This document shows positions 12,467 through 33,500 of a DNA stretch of 64,000 nucleotides, piece after piece; position 1 is the first letter of the stretch; every line of letters begins with the position of its first letter. The position numbers and the translations under genes are program-made. The DNA is from Priapulus caudatus. Taxonomy: Eukaryota. The notes under the pieces are model-generated. The model had not been told where the DNA came from. It worked only from the letters and a program-made list of their open reading frames with translations, and searched no databases. The stretch lies in assembly GCF_000485595.1 (NCBI RefSeq), contig NW_014577081.1, positions 121,880 to 185,879 of the forward strand, given 5' to 3'.

Positions 12467-12759
12467 GCGGGGGGGGGGGGCGGACGACGGGATCATTATC
12501 GGTAAGCTAGGCTGCCCGCCACGCCGCTGCCCTGCTTGATCAGTGAGTGGCTGACCAGCACGTCTGTAACTTATACTAGATGACACCAACTGGACCCCCC
12601 TGCAGTGCTTCTGCACTCGCACGTGACTCTCTAGTCAAACCGTTCTAATGAACTGGTGTGTCAGCGCGTTTAGCACTGACGACCTGCGGAGTTGGCGCGA
12701 CTCGATGCGAGCGCGTCAGCGTCGACCGCGAACGTCACCGCTGGCGGCGTTGGACTATA

Positions 12760-13190
12760 GGGTTTAGGGTATATATATATATTATGTATAATATATATAT
12801 ATATATATAGTATATATAATATATAGGTAGGGTAGTATATATAATATATAGATATATATAGGGTTAGCGGTTATAATAATATATATATAGAGATATAGTA
12901 TATAGGGTCAGGGTATATATATACCTATGATATAATATATACCCTAACCCTATATATATTAAACATACATCTATATAAGTACCTAACCCTATATTTATAT
13001 AATATATAATAATCGCCTACATACGCACGCGTGTACGTGGTATGTTGTGTGGTTTAGGGTAGGGGGTTAGGGCCGGCGCTTAGGGTAGGGGTTAGGGTAA
13101 GGGTATATATATATATATACCCTAACCCTATATATAGTTTACGCTCACCCCTAACCCCTACCCTAGACGCCTAACGCCCTACCCCTAACC
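12760..13190. repeat. Mixed (TA)n and TTAGGG/CCCTAA repeats in alternating orientation
   Basis: TAGGG, TTAGGG and CCCTAACCC units interleaved with TA runs; low sequence quality. Confidence 0.7.
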
Positions 13191-14309
13191 AGCGTACACG
13201 GCGTCGCGTGCAGGTACACGCTGTGCGTGCACGTTACACGCCGTGGTGCATGGTACACGCGTGCGTGCAGTGTACACGCGTTGCGTGCAGCGTAACACGC
13301 ATGCGTGCACGTACACGCATAGCGTGGCGCATGACACGCATCGCGTGGCGGCATACACACGCATGCTCGTGCGCATACCACGCTGCGTGCGCATACAGCG
13401 CGTGCGTGCACGTACACGCGATGCCGGTGGCACAGCATACACGCGTACCGCGCACATACCCACACGTTGCGCGGCACGTACTACAGCGTATTGCTCGCAC
13501 ATACACATGCACGCATTGCGGTCATGTGCATCTGATGCACGGCAGATAGCACTTCACGTGCAACCTAGTTGTACAGCAAGGCCCGCAAGGTACAACGCGC
13601 CGCGTATGTACACGCTATGCGCGGCGTGCACATAAGGAGCTCGGGCTGCACGACTTGGACAAACCAATGCCTCTCGTTAGCAACCACCGCATTCCATGAC
13701 CTGGTCCTGCGACTGTGGCACGAGTCTTTGCGCCTGTGGCGTGGCGAACCTCCGGGCTTTTTATGCCACACGAGAGGTATCCGTGTTAGCTTCCTTGCCT
13801 TGACCGCAGAGTTGTTAATTACAAGTCATCTGTGGGAGTGTTCTGTTCTCGTACGTGAGGGGGGGATGTGCCTATCTGTCCGTCATCGTTAGTTGTTATT
13901 GTTGTCGTTGTTTGTTTGTTTCGTTCTTGCTGTTCTTAGTTTGCGCGCGCCAACGGAAGGAGTGTAAACAGGCGAGAAGAGAAGGATGTTGGGGATGCGG
14001 ATGCGCGATCAGGCGAGTGCGGATTTAGAGACGGGTGGGAGCAAATGATTATGGTTGATTTGACGGTTGCCATACACTCCTTCCTCGAGTCGATGTTTTC
14101 GGGCTCTTCTAGAAGTTTGTGTACGCGACGTGTGTACGTTGCTCCTATATTTAGACCGAATGTTACCAATGCTTGTATACAAGTTATCACCGTCGATTGT
14201 TATATCAATGTTATCAACGATTCTATAGCAGTGTTACCGACAATTCTACACATGGGTCACCAACGATTGTTATACAAATGGCTAAACGTTATATCAATCA
14301 GACATGCAC

Positions 14310-17030
14310 CTGGCGTAGTAAGGGGCACAAGAGGCAATGCGGCCCCCCACCCTGTTGATTTGGCAACAAAACAAAAACAAAAATTTTTCGTTGCCTCTGC
14401 ACGCGTCTTCATCAGGACTGGCCACAATTCTGTTACTTCTGCATACTGTGAACGAAACCATTCTCTAAAATGAGCATTGTCACAGTCTAACTTTCGTCTC
14501 TACAATTGACCCAGCCACCGATTCTCTGCTCTCATTCGTCCTTTTCGGGTTGAACGTGGAGTCTAGTGAATGGCATTAATGTCAACGAAATCCCAAAATC
14601 GACGAGAACAGACTCTGACTTCTGGATTTTGGAGATTCTGCAGGCAGACAAAAACATGATAAAAGAAAGGAGATAATCTTCTGTTGCTCAGATTTTGTGT
14701 TGTTGCAAGTTGCTTGCATTGAATTTTATGGTTCTGAACTCTTATTGACAGAAAAAACAGAACAATGGAAATGCTTTGTGAATAACTTTGATATATTCGG
14801 AACTTATAGACGGCCATTTTCGGGCAGAAACCTCCGGTTTTTATTTCCAATCCGATTTCAACACTATTTAAAGTGAACTGTTCCTATCAGGGGAGGGCAA
14901 AAACAATCTCTTTCATGGTAATTTCCTTTTTATTTTAATAGACGGCTATTTTGCAGCTAGCCTTTGTTTTTAGTTGAAATGCAAATTTCAATATGGTTTT
15001 TAGTGTCTTCATCAGACGGAAAGCAAAAAACATTTTTTATTAACGAACAAAATGTTAAATGTGATCCTTTAACGGCTATTGCTATTCTAAACGATGTAAA
15101 ATCGTTTTGTAATTTAAATTAAAATTGCATGTTTATCAGGCAGTTCCAAACCACGAGCAGACCTTTCCGCTAGAGTCTTTATTTCGATTAGTATTTCAGA
15201 TACTGCGCCTCAAACTTTTTTCAAACAATATATTATAACTTTTTTAACTTTTATATGAGGAACTTTGAATACAGTTATTATGACGCGATAAGGCAACATT
15301 GCAAGTGGGGACTGCTAACCAACGACAAGATCAACACGAATTCCAAATCGTCAGGTGATTGAATGAGGACATAGGCGGTTAGCCTAAGGGGGGTTACAAG
15401 GAGGCACCTGAACCCCCTCTTGATCGGAGAGGTAGAAAAATTGAAGAGAGAAGGGCCGCTTAATGCGGATTGGTGCCTATACCCCTGATTACCATACACC
15501 TAATATGAAAATTGAAATGCGCAAAAATGTGCCATTTCGATGCACATACTTTTCAAAAATTACCGGCTAACTACTGTGGGAGGGCCTGAAACACCCTCCC
15601 CCTGAGAAATTTGTTCAACAACTACGCTGTCTTTGGTCGCTTATACTCTTTCTTAACCTTCGCCTGAAAAAACACGGCTTCAAGCCAAACGGCTGCGCCC
15701 CACCAGCGCGTCACGTGGACCCATTTTCCAAACTGGTACTAGCAAGGTCCACCCAAGCCTGGTGTCGTGTTTTTTTTTGTTGTGCAAGCCTCAAGGACCG
15801 TTCCCCCGGCGGTGAGGCAGCTAGGCCGGGACAGCCAGGGGGGGCGTCCGATCGTGCGCCGACGTCGAATGGCGATCGTGAGCGTTGGAAAAACGATTAA
15901 AAACGGCGAGGAAAAGGAATTAGCATAGTGGGCCACTTCTCACTATAAAGTGTACGATCGCGCCTGGAAATACGGAGGATTTAGTGAAGGCGGTTGAAAA
16001 ATGCGCCTTGCATAGGCGGGCACTGAAGTTTGGCACGTCATAGGAACTCTTCGCCGCGCCTACGTCGTGGAGGGGGCAGATGACGTCCTGGCCCAAGCAG
16101 GGGCCAACACGAGCGGGCGGGGGGCGCCTAGGGCACCGAGGCGCGAGCACAGACCACGAGCTCTGGGGGTCATCGCTAAGCCGCCCTCTGCTCCGCTTAC
16201 GCTCCCGGGCAGTCGGCCCTGTGCGCGCGCGGAGGCCGCCTGTTTTCGCGAAATTGCGAGGGGTGGGGAGCTCGCCGACGCCCAACTGTAGCGCGCGTCT
16301 CACAGAACGGCTGAGGGGCGATGTCACGTGTGAGATGTTGAAGAGCGAGGAGGCAGGAGATCACGGCGTGACCAATCGAGAGGATTATTATACAAGGCAG
16401 GGGTTTACATGGGAGATTGTCTTGCCGTCCCGACAGGACGTCGCGGCGCCCTCCCGCCTCCCTCCCCCGTTGCAATCCGCTCCGCCGCGCCCTCACCGCC
16501 GGGATCGGAGGATCATCGCTTCGGGCGCCACCGCCTCTTTCGCGCCTTGTATCCGGTGCCCGGGGCTATCATCCCCTCGAATGCGAACGACGTCGCAGGA
16601 TCACTTTATATGTCTTGCACATTTTCTTTTATGGATGTCGACTTAGTTTCCGAACCAGGTTTGCCGTCATAAAGATGGAGATTTATGCCGGTAACAATGT
16701 ATTAATTTCTCGAGTGGTATTTAATTTCGCGGTGCTGATGCCTGAGTTTCTTTGTTATTTTGCGTGCGCACCGATACGTGCCGTAGCTGAATAAGCGGTC
16801 TCGTCTAAGTCCACCTCTATCGTCTCTCTATGCCTCTCCTCTCTCTCTCTCTCTCCTCTCCTCTCTCTCTCTCCTCGTCTCTCTCTGCTCTCCTCTCTAC
16901 TCGTGCTCTCTCTCTATCTCGTTTCTCTCTCCTCTCTCCTCTGCCTCCTCAGTCTGTCGCTCTCGGTGCGCTCTCCTCTCTACTCCGCTCTCTTGCTCTC
17001 CGTCGGTTCACTCTCCTCTACTGATCTCTC
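14310..17030 (+). repeat. Indel-rich direct copy of ~9440-11300 grading into low-quality and (CT)n sequence; probable long-read artefact
   Basis: Collinear matches, e.g. CTGTTGATT..CAAAACAAAA, GGTTCTGAACTCTTATTGACAGAA and CTTATAGACGGCCATTTT, with frequent 1-nt indels. Confidence 0.65.
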
Positions 17031-17724
17031 ACAAGATCATCTCACATCAAGTCTCAGGGTCGGGTCATGTCGTCTCGGTTTCGATAAGGGTCATCTTGTC
17101 TCTTCTCCGTGTCGGTTGGACCGTCGTCCGATCAGGTGTGCCGTGTACACAAAATCCCCCGGATCTTGCGCTTTTCCTCGGGAGAGTCGATCAAGGGACT
17201 TCATCGAAATCTTTTTCTCAATCCTCCCGCCCACTGGCCTCCCTACTCCCGCTCCTTCCCCTCCCACTCCCCGTCCCCTTTTCTCCCGTCTCCCGCCCCA
17301 TTCTCTCCCGTCTCCCGTCCCCCCTTCTTCCGCACCCCCGCCCCCTGTACCCCCTCAGTAACGGGTGTTTAAATTTATTTTGAATCAGCAATACGGTTCG
17401 ATTCTAATGTCAGCTGAAAGCCTGAGTAAGAGATGTACGTCTCGAAAGCTCGCTGATTATTAAACACCCTTTACCTATTATATGAATTTGTATTTTTATC
17501 TACATATACACACATGTGCGCGCGCATTATTAATAATAGATTATTAGTATAAATAAAGTAAAATAAAATAATGACTTACCACAATTGAAATAAGAAATTT
17601 GATTTAGTGTACATAGCACGGTAATTTTTATTTTGACCCAATTTTTATTGTGCAGGCAGGATAGACCAGTTATGTTTAGTTATGGCATAATGTTCGTGTG
17701 TTATATAACTTATAATCATATATA

Positions 17725-24267
<6,543 letters not shown>

Positions 24268-25851
24268 CCTAAACTATACTCTCACAACGCTGAGTATCGT
24301 GATGGGATCAAACGCTGGATTGATCATTCATCGGCGATTGATTACGTCTTCTATTGCTCGCATTCCTAATCAAAATGATCAAACTCGGTTAATCGATCAA
24401 TTGATTGATTGATTGATTACGTTCTCCCGTCACTGGTATTTCGTATATGGTGTCGATGGGCAGACGGCTGATAAGAAGCTATATGAATCTTAGGTGAATC
24501 TCGATATGGCTTCGCTGCTCGTTGTTTGCACAGTCACATCCTCACTAAGCCGCCGGCCACAATTAGCCGAGTGCACGTAGCAGAAGTGAAGTCACAACGC
24601 AATGACAGCTTCTATCATGTTCAACAGTAAAAAAATATGTTCTGAGAAAGAACACCGCTTGTCCGCGCTCGTAGAACTAGTCGGCTGCTAGCGTGTACAA
24701 CCGCTCGTTGTGGCGGCACACACACACACCCAGTAGATACCCGCACGTTAACAACACACGGAGCGACCCTAATTGACGACCTGATTGCTGTGACGATGCT
24801 AGCAAGATCTAGTGTCATGCGGGAACTTAGAGTCGCTGTGCGTTCGTCTGTGCCGCGCGTCGCTAGCTGTGCACATTGTATTTATCATCTGACCCGTGCG
24901 CGCATGCGCAGTGCGATGCTACTAGCTCGTGCTAACAATATTACGACAGTTCGCAATAGTTTAACTTTCAATCAGCTCAATTCTGTGAGCGGATTGAACG
25001 CGGAATTTATATTTTGTTCAGGCAGATGTGAGATTATTCAGGGTATAAGCAGCTCGTATATCTAGTAGTGGCATGCCGGGTACACGCCTATTCTGCACGC
25101 CTAGGCTGCACGCCGAGTCACTGCATCTTTCTATGTGACATCCTATCCGGATTACATAATTATCAATATTGAACATGAATTCGGTTATATCCATATAAAC
25201 TTGCACATCTATCTATATCTATATAATCCTGCACCATATACAGACAATCATAGGATATAAATCAAAAACCAATTGCACTACTACTGTGCTAATGATTGTC
25301 ACGGACAAATCGGAATCAATAAAGAACAGATAGGTTACAAAACCTTACTATAATGTTCTCACACATATTTACAGTGCCCTAACGAGAGAGACAGTGTCCA
25401 TACCTACGCGAATGGCCTATGAGTACCTACTTCCCTGATGGTTTGGCATAGAAATAAATAAGTAAAACGAAACTCACGTTATACAGTCTGTTTGTTATTC
25501 CGTCGGAAACGTATCATATTTCATCCAGCATCAGTATATAGCAGTAATGCGAAATATTGTCAGCGGTACCTATGTGCCTAGAATGCCATTTACGACATGC
25601 ATGGTCTCCGGCAATATTCGTTATTGATGCGTCGTTATACGATCCTCATAGCATGTAATAACACCTAGCTCTCGGCGACAGGTTGCCGTTAGCATTACCG
25701 AGCATGATTGTCATCTACGCGGGTGGCAGGCAGGCCGTCAACTAATCAGCGTTCCGCATGTAACGTTTTGCTCGCCATTTTGTATAAAGGGCTTGTGAAT
25801 GTCGCATGACAGAAAACGATTTGACCGTGTCCCACATAACTCGGTGGGCAG

Positions 25852-25929
<78 letters not shown>

Positions 25930-25933
25930 ATGT

Positions 25934-26046
<113 letters not shown>

Positions 26047-26104
26047 GTCGTCGTACGTACGTACCTCGTCCGTCGTACGTAGACGACGAGGTCGCGCGTC
26101 GTCG

Positions 26105-26980
26105 NNNNNNNNNNNNNNNNNNNNNNNNNNNNNNNNNNNNNNNNNNNNNNNNNNNNNNNNNNNNNNNNNNNNNNNNNNNNNNNNNNNNNNNNNNNNNNNN
26201 NNNNNNNNNNNNNNNNNNNNNNNNNNNNNNNNNNNNNNNNNNNNNNNNNNNNNNNNNNNNNNNNNNNNNNNNNNNNNNNNNNNNNNNNNNNNNNNNNNNN
26301 NNNNNNNNNNNNNNNNNNNNNNNNNNNNNNNNNNNNNNNNNNNNNNNNNNNNNNNNNNNNNNNNNNNNNNNNNNNNNNNNNNNNNNNNNNNNNNNNNNNN
26401 NNNNNNNNNNNNNNNNNNNNNNNNNNNNNNNNNNNNNNNNNNNNNNNNNNNNNNNNNNNNNNNNNNNNNNNNNNNNNNNNNNNNNNNNNNNNNNNNNNNN
26501 NNNNNNNNNNNNNNNNNNNNNNNNNNNNNNNNNNNNNNNNNNNNNNNNNNNNNNNNNNNNNNNNNNNNNNNNNNNNNNNNNNNNNNNNNNNNNNNNNNNN
26601 NNNNNNNNNNNNNNNNNNNNNNNNNNNNNNNNNNNNNNNNNNNNNNNNNNNNNNNNNNNNNNNNNNNNNNNNNNNNNNNNNNNNNNNNNNNNNNNNNNNN
26701 NNNNNNNNNNNNNNNNNNNNNNNNNNNNNNNNNNNNNNNNNNNNNNNNNNNNNNNNNNNNNNNNNNNNNNNNNNNNNNNNNNNNNNNNNNNNNNNNNNNN
26801 NNNNNNNNNNNNNNNNNNNNNNNNNNNNNNNNNNNNNNNNNNNNNNNNNNNNNNNNNNNNNNNNNNNNNNNNNNNNNNNNNNNNNNNNNNNNNNNNNNNN
26901 NNNNNNNNNNNNNNNNNNNNNNNNNNNNNNNNNNNNNNNNNNNNNNNNNNNNNNNNNNNNNNNNNNNNNNNNNNNNNNNN
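26105..26980. other. Assembly gap (others: 29810-29930, 37073-38006, 43225-43249, 59292-59745)
   Basis: Runs of N. Confidence 1.
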
Positions 26981-27176
26981 CTTCTCCATCCTTCTCCTCC
27001 TCCTCCTCATCCTCCTCCTCCTCCTCCCCTCCTCCTCCATCCTCCTCCTCCTTCTCCTCCTCCTCCTCCTCCTCCTCCCCTCCTCTACGTCCTTCTCCTA
27101 CTCGTTTTCCTCATCCGTCTCCCCCTCCTGCTCCCCCTCCTGCTCTTCCTCCACCCCTCCTGCTCCTCCTTCCCCT

Positions 27177-30100
27177 CTACTCCTTCTCCGGCTGCTTATC
27201 AGCTTGCTCCTCTTCCCGCTCTGCGTTCGGCTCCTCCTCCTCCGCCTCCTTCTCCTTCACAACGTACAATACGACGATTGCGACGTCGCAGCGATGGGTG
27301 TTGATTCTCGTGCTGGCGTCCGCTAGGTAGCGCGCCCGCAGCTCTCGCTCAATGTTCCAGACGTCGTCTGCGGAGCGGCTGTCCGACAACCCGGATGTAT
27401 AAATCTCGAACATCACTTTACTCAGCTCCTTTGCGTAATCGACGCCAGGGACCGCCACTTCTGTGAGCGTAGCTATAGACGATAATTATAATAAATTACA
27501 TGCAATTCCGTCTACTCGCGCCTGATATATACTGTAGTTATTAATTTAATTACTGCGAAAGATGATGACTAATTGGCCGTCTGTGACCGCGCCTGGTAAA
27601 ATGCGCGCCCGTCTCAGCTGGAGGAAAAAATGGTTTTGGTATTTTTATGATATTATTACATTGTTTGCTAAACTGATCTGATACTAGACCTTGATAAAAA
27701 AAAAACCTTGCGCTGTGTATAGAGAAATGGCGAGTCAGCGGCCATATCGTGGCAGGCATTTGTTCGTTAGACAAGATTATCGGTCAGGAATATAACGGGA
27801 TTAATGGTGTATGTCATTAGGAGCTATTGCAAGATCGGCGACTGCTCGCACGGGCGCGTTGTAACAACATGCAGTATCCTATTAGTAATGCTCATAGGGT
27901 CTATGTCCCCTAGGGTACTGCCGGAACGTACCCTGGGAGAAATAGACCCTCTCAGCATTAGTAATCGACAATCATACATAAGCTCCTCATATTTCGCTTG
28001 ACGAAACGCGAGGTATTAATATACTTATCATATGTGCGCAACGTGTACATCGAATGCGTACGCTTATAACGATATACGATTCTACTTCGCCCACTTACGC
28101 TGGGTGCGATTGGACACATGATGACCACATGACAAACTATTCTATGCAACGCAGTCATATTAATAGTCGGTAGCGCCTCACCGAGCATGTTGCATTAAGG
28201 TCTTTTCAAAATTATTAATTAATCGTTTTATTTTTTAACAGTTACGAACACAATTGGTTAATGAATAATTATCCATTTTACAACGGGTGATGACGCCATT
28301 TCAATTGGACCTAGCTCGCCCGACTTCTCTCTCCGTCACTTTTTACTTACCACCTTCTCCACATGACAGACTGTAGGATAGTAAAGGGCAGTCGATCGGT
28401 CTAACGGCCACTGAGACTAAGCTCAGTCCGGCAGAGCGCAGACTCGCTGACCGCTGGCCGAGGAACGGAGCGGCGTGCTCCTGCTCTGTACGGAAGTAGC
28501 AGGCGCGAGTGGATAGCATCTCTTCCTGGAACCGTTAATTAATCAGCAGCTAATTACGGAGCCTATACCGCCGTGTGTAACTCACGACAACACCGCATAT
28601 ACAGCTCGTAATACAGCTCGTACACTGTGTGCGTGCCTTGCTGTGTGTGCGTGCCTTGCCGTGTGTGCGTGCCTTGCTGGGTGTGCGTGCGTGTATGCAT
28701 CCGAGCGAGAGTGCACGCGTGCCTGCATGCGTGTGTATAAGCATAAATAATAACTGATAATAATACATGTATAAATAGTCTTTGATTAGTTGCGGATATT
28801 TGGAGCGTACAATGTTACTGTAGAGATGGGATGAGGAGTTGTAATTGTTCCGTTATATGCATACCTATAGAAGACAGCACATATCTGGGGGCAATTAGAA
28901 TAAGCTACACCAAAAAACACTAGAGTTGTCCCTCGTTCGTGTTCTAGAAGACATAGCCTAGATAGCACCCCACATCCCGCTCACAAACCAACAACGGCTT
29001 TGTAGTGCTACTCAGAGGCACAAAAGTCCTAATCCCCAATTAGGCTCGGGAGCAACAAGCGAATACCCAACATCAAATGCAGTTAAGAGAGAGACTAACA
29101 ATTTCACGGCTTGATAAAGCCGATCGAAAGCCAATTACTGTTATCACATCACGAGCTAGTCGGGAGCTAGCCAGTGCTAATATTCTCCCGCTCACATGAA
29201 TGTCACTATAACGTCACTACTGCGCGTGCGCATGCGTCAGTTATGTCGCGTCAGTTTTACGCCGTACGCAATATGATGCGCATATTCCTTTTAATTAGAT
29301 TTTACCAACCTTCCAGAGCGCCATATTAAAGCCGCACTATGCGCATCCAAATGCTAATTTCTTCAGTACTAGACTAGCAAATACTTCGTGGCATGCATAA
29401 TCACACTACCTTATGGCAAAATAAACTCTAGTTCCTCCCATTTCAGTGCGCGTTTGCTTATAATCCACAAGAAAGAAGTGTGAAATCTGGTAATCTGGCG
29501 CCAACGCTAAATTGATTGCCAAACAATTTCGCCAAGAAACGGTTAGGTGACGTCACATGTTTTTATATTTGCTACACCCGTACCGCTGTACCGCAGCACC
29601 ACTGTGCGGTTGCTTGGCAGGGTAACGCGAAAGTCTAAAACATCGGAGAATTTGAACAACATTGGAGGTATTTTCAAATGCCTCTTATAAGACAACGCGC
29701 AGTGAAATGGGAGGAACTAGAGTTTATTTTGCCATAAGGTAGTGTGATTATGGATGACACGAAGTATTTGCTAGTCTAGTACTGGAGAAATTAGCGTTTG
29801 GATGCGCATNNNNNNNNNNNNNNNNNNNNNNNNNNNNNNNNNNNNNNNNNNNNNNNNNNNNNNNNNNNNNNNNNNNNNNNNNNNNNNNNNNNNNNNNNNN
29901 NNNNNNNNNNNNNNNNNNNNNNNNNNNNNNGTTGTTTAGCGACCTCGGGGCAGCTACAGCAAGAGGGCAGGGACTAGCGTGAGCTATCAAAAGCGAATGG
30001 CTATGGCGCCTCCTAATGGCAAGAGTCGGAACATTGGCGATCCTTACACATCGACGGTTTCATTACGGAGGTATGTCTGCAATGCAGGATTTACCCGCGC

Positions 30101-30492
30101 CACCATCACTCATGACCATTACATATATGGTCTTATGCAGCTCATGTTATATAGCGACGGTGACGAAAAGCTTTTTACAATTGGCGACATTACCCTGCTC
30201 ATCTTTATGTACTGGATGCTGTCTTTCGAACGTGCGAATGATTATTATATATCAAGAGCTAATAAATACCTAGGTATTTATACATATATACGTATTATAC
30301 ATTTATACATAAACATAGGTATTTATACATATATACATATTATACATTTATACATATACATAGGTATTTATTAGTTCTTGATTATATATATATATATAGG
30401 ATACTAGTATAATTATATAATATATAGTATAATATATATAGATATATTATATAGTATATAATATATACTGATATATATATTAAAGCGCACTG

Positions 30493-30524
<32 letters not shown>

Positions 30525-33500
30525 TGTATATATAGAGAAAGAGAGGCAGAGACAGAAAGAGACAAAAAAACAAAAGGTGTGTAAGAAATATAGGTGGGTT
30601 ATATGCAACGTAAACGCAATATATTAAACCGAAGTCTACATTATAATTATCAATGCATCGATGTAATAACTGGTGAAAATTTGAGTCTCAGGTTGAGCCC
30701 GATTCTAAAATTAGAATTTCAATAACTAATTAAAACGGCTATAATTTGGAGCGTACCACATTTCAATTCCGCCGCTCTTTTGAGCAACACCGTTTCCCAG
30801 TCGGTACTAGCTTGCTGCTTATCCTCGCATGTCATCACATCTGACATGCCGTTGCGCAGGCGCGACTTGGGTAAAGAGTTCCTATAATACATCACAATGC
30901 CCACTCTCATCACAAGTTAATATACAACGATTGCATGGCGCTCTGACTCGCTACGATCGTGTGCAGAAATTTCAGCAACACGTTAAATATCAAATTCCAA
31001 ATACAAAACACCGTTCAAAAAACATCTGCCGGAGGTTATCCTTCCTAAGTAGAGACCTTTAAACATAGATAAACTCTAGGATTTTTGTGCCTGTCATACG
31101 CGTATAGGATCATACGCACAACCCATAATTTGATAGAATTTATATTTGACGTTATGATTTACAGGGGAATCCCACTTTCTCTACCGTCTAGTGTGGTATA
31201 GTGTGTGTATGTGATATAGCCATAGTGTACGTAACACGCAACTATCTTGCATATTGAGGGGGAAATACTGACACTATCGCAAAATATCGACATCGGGCAC
31301 GTCTGTACACTGCGGACTCTAGCGAATGACACGAAAAGTTACGAGAAACGAACTACAGCGTCCAATTTAAAATGGCATAGGTTGTGGTTTTTTGTATATA
31401 TATTTTACTCATCTCTAATGTGCATACCTCTCGGACAAACGATGCAGGGAAGCGAAGGAGAATGCAAAGTCCACGGAGCACCGGGGCATCACCTCTCCGT
31501 AAAATGATGCGCCGCTCATCAGTACGAGTGCCTGACTCCGCCTCTGTAAAACTACTGAAGACGTCGACTATTGCAATCGCCAAAGACTCGAACTAAAGTT
31601 TCCGTTACAACCTGTACAGTGGGCCCCGCTTTATCGGGATGAGTCGGAAATCGTGAAATGTTCCGATTAAGCGGTCACCGTCATTCCGATTAAGTTTCGG
31701 TTCACCGGAACACGTAACGTGCGTGAGAATTGGTTTTCAAAGACGTGTCGTTTACGCGATGAGCTGCATAATGTGCCTGTAACGTTGATGTATGTTCGAT
31801 GTATAAATGATAAAGAAATCCAAACTTGTGTAGTAAACTGAATAACTTTAATATCTGCTCACGTATAGTCACATCTCCTTGCACATGCCGTCACCGTTGT
31901 GGTCATGTACATGTGTTCCCATTGGTTACATGGTTACATGGTCCGTTGGTACATGGACATGTACGTCAAACATACATCAACGTTACATGCCCATTTTTAT
32001 GTGCTTCTCCGGGATACTACATGTCTTACATTGTGTCGTGTCGACAAGCCTGTGACGCATACAGCGGCGGTCCTCTTGGTAAACGAGCTGAACTTGGAAG
32101 CCTTTGCTATACAGAAGTTCTGCCATGCAGAATACGTATCAGTATAAGAGCAGCCAACCAGAAAAGTATAGCAACTTCTCTCTCTCTCTCTCTCTCGTTC
32201 TCTTTCTCTTTTTCTCTCTCTTTCTTTCTTTCTCTTTCTCTCTCTCCCTCTCTTGCTTTTTTTTCTCTCTCTCTCCCTCTCTCCCCTCTCTCTTTCTCTT
32301 TTTCTCTCTCGCTCGCTTTCTTTCTTTCTTTCTTTCGCTCTCTCTCGCTCTCTCTTTCTCGACACACCCTCTCTATTTTAGCAATATATAATTAGTTCTT
32401 TATTTAATATGGAGAGTGCAGAGACAAGACTTTGTTAAATTCTTTAGAGACTGAACCCAGCAGGTTTAGATAAATTTAAATATCATAACAATGCAAACTA
32501 TGCATTCTATTGCAAATAAACAGCGTAGAACTAATATAACACATCGCGACAAACTATTAAAGTGGAAAATACATCCACAAAATCTTTTGCCATGTATTCT
32601 TTACCGGTAGCTGTCTGCATGAGCTTCCCCGACACGAGGCCGTCCGCCGCACCATACTCACACATCACAAACGTGTTCGAAGTAGCCGTCGTATGCTCTG
32701 AAACACAGTATAAAAAGTGTAGCAGCTAGAGTAACAGAAAGGATTTTTGAAAAGCGCTATTGTTACCACAAGTTAACATCGCAATCACTGAGTATGTCGT
32801 TTAAGCTACTATACATAGAGTACGGTTGTATTAGAATAATAGAAGCAATACAACATTTATATATACGATGGTGAGCGGATGAAGGGAGGGCTAGATACGT
32901 TGTAGGACAATCACATTAAAACCCCATAGAGACTGCAAAATCTGATTTGGCTTAAGTATGTAATGATAACGTACACAGTGTGCGTCATCTGATAATATAT
33001 AATATACATATATATATATATTAACTACAATGGTTAGATGTTCGGTTGGCGTTACCTAGCGACTGAATTACTCGGTCTGCGACCTCAGAAAAAACCATTG
33101 CCGTGTCTATTTTAGCAACGTCTTTCACATGTAGCGCTGCAGTGTTGGCGTCCTCCTGAGTAAGGTCGATGACGTTTTCTGCCTGAAAGGAAACGTAGAA
33201 TAATGTATGTAAGTGTAAAATGTGTTTTGTATGCGTAAATTGTATTTATATATATATAATGTTCTCCCAATGACGAACGGACAAATACATGCGAAGCCAA
33301 TGCTTATGAGAGAAGGTGAAAAGGGGTAGTAGATGGAGTATATATACGAAGCGGATGAAGGAACATGGGGGAAGGGGGAAGATGGAGAATGTTAAGGAGG
33401 GGGATCGAGAAAGTAAAAGTAGTCTATCGTCGAATATTGGGAAGTGGATGGGATAGAGACAGTAAGGAAGGGGAGAAGGCAGAGAAGGTAGAGGAGACCA

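Noticed and set aside
11054..12622. Long SL-rich and RE-rich ORFs (361 and 443 aa)
   Set aside because: Translations of a (GA)n microsatellite.
12760..13190. Possible true telomere or telomere-fusion site
   Set aside because: Short, degenerate and mixed with TA runs in low-quality sequence; better explained by the TTAGGG-MITE family.
15715..16794. Cluster of GC-rich overlapping ORFs
   Set aside because: Lies in the decaying tail of a noisy duplicate of 9440-11300 and shows no recognisable motifs.
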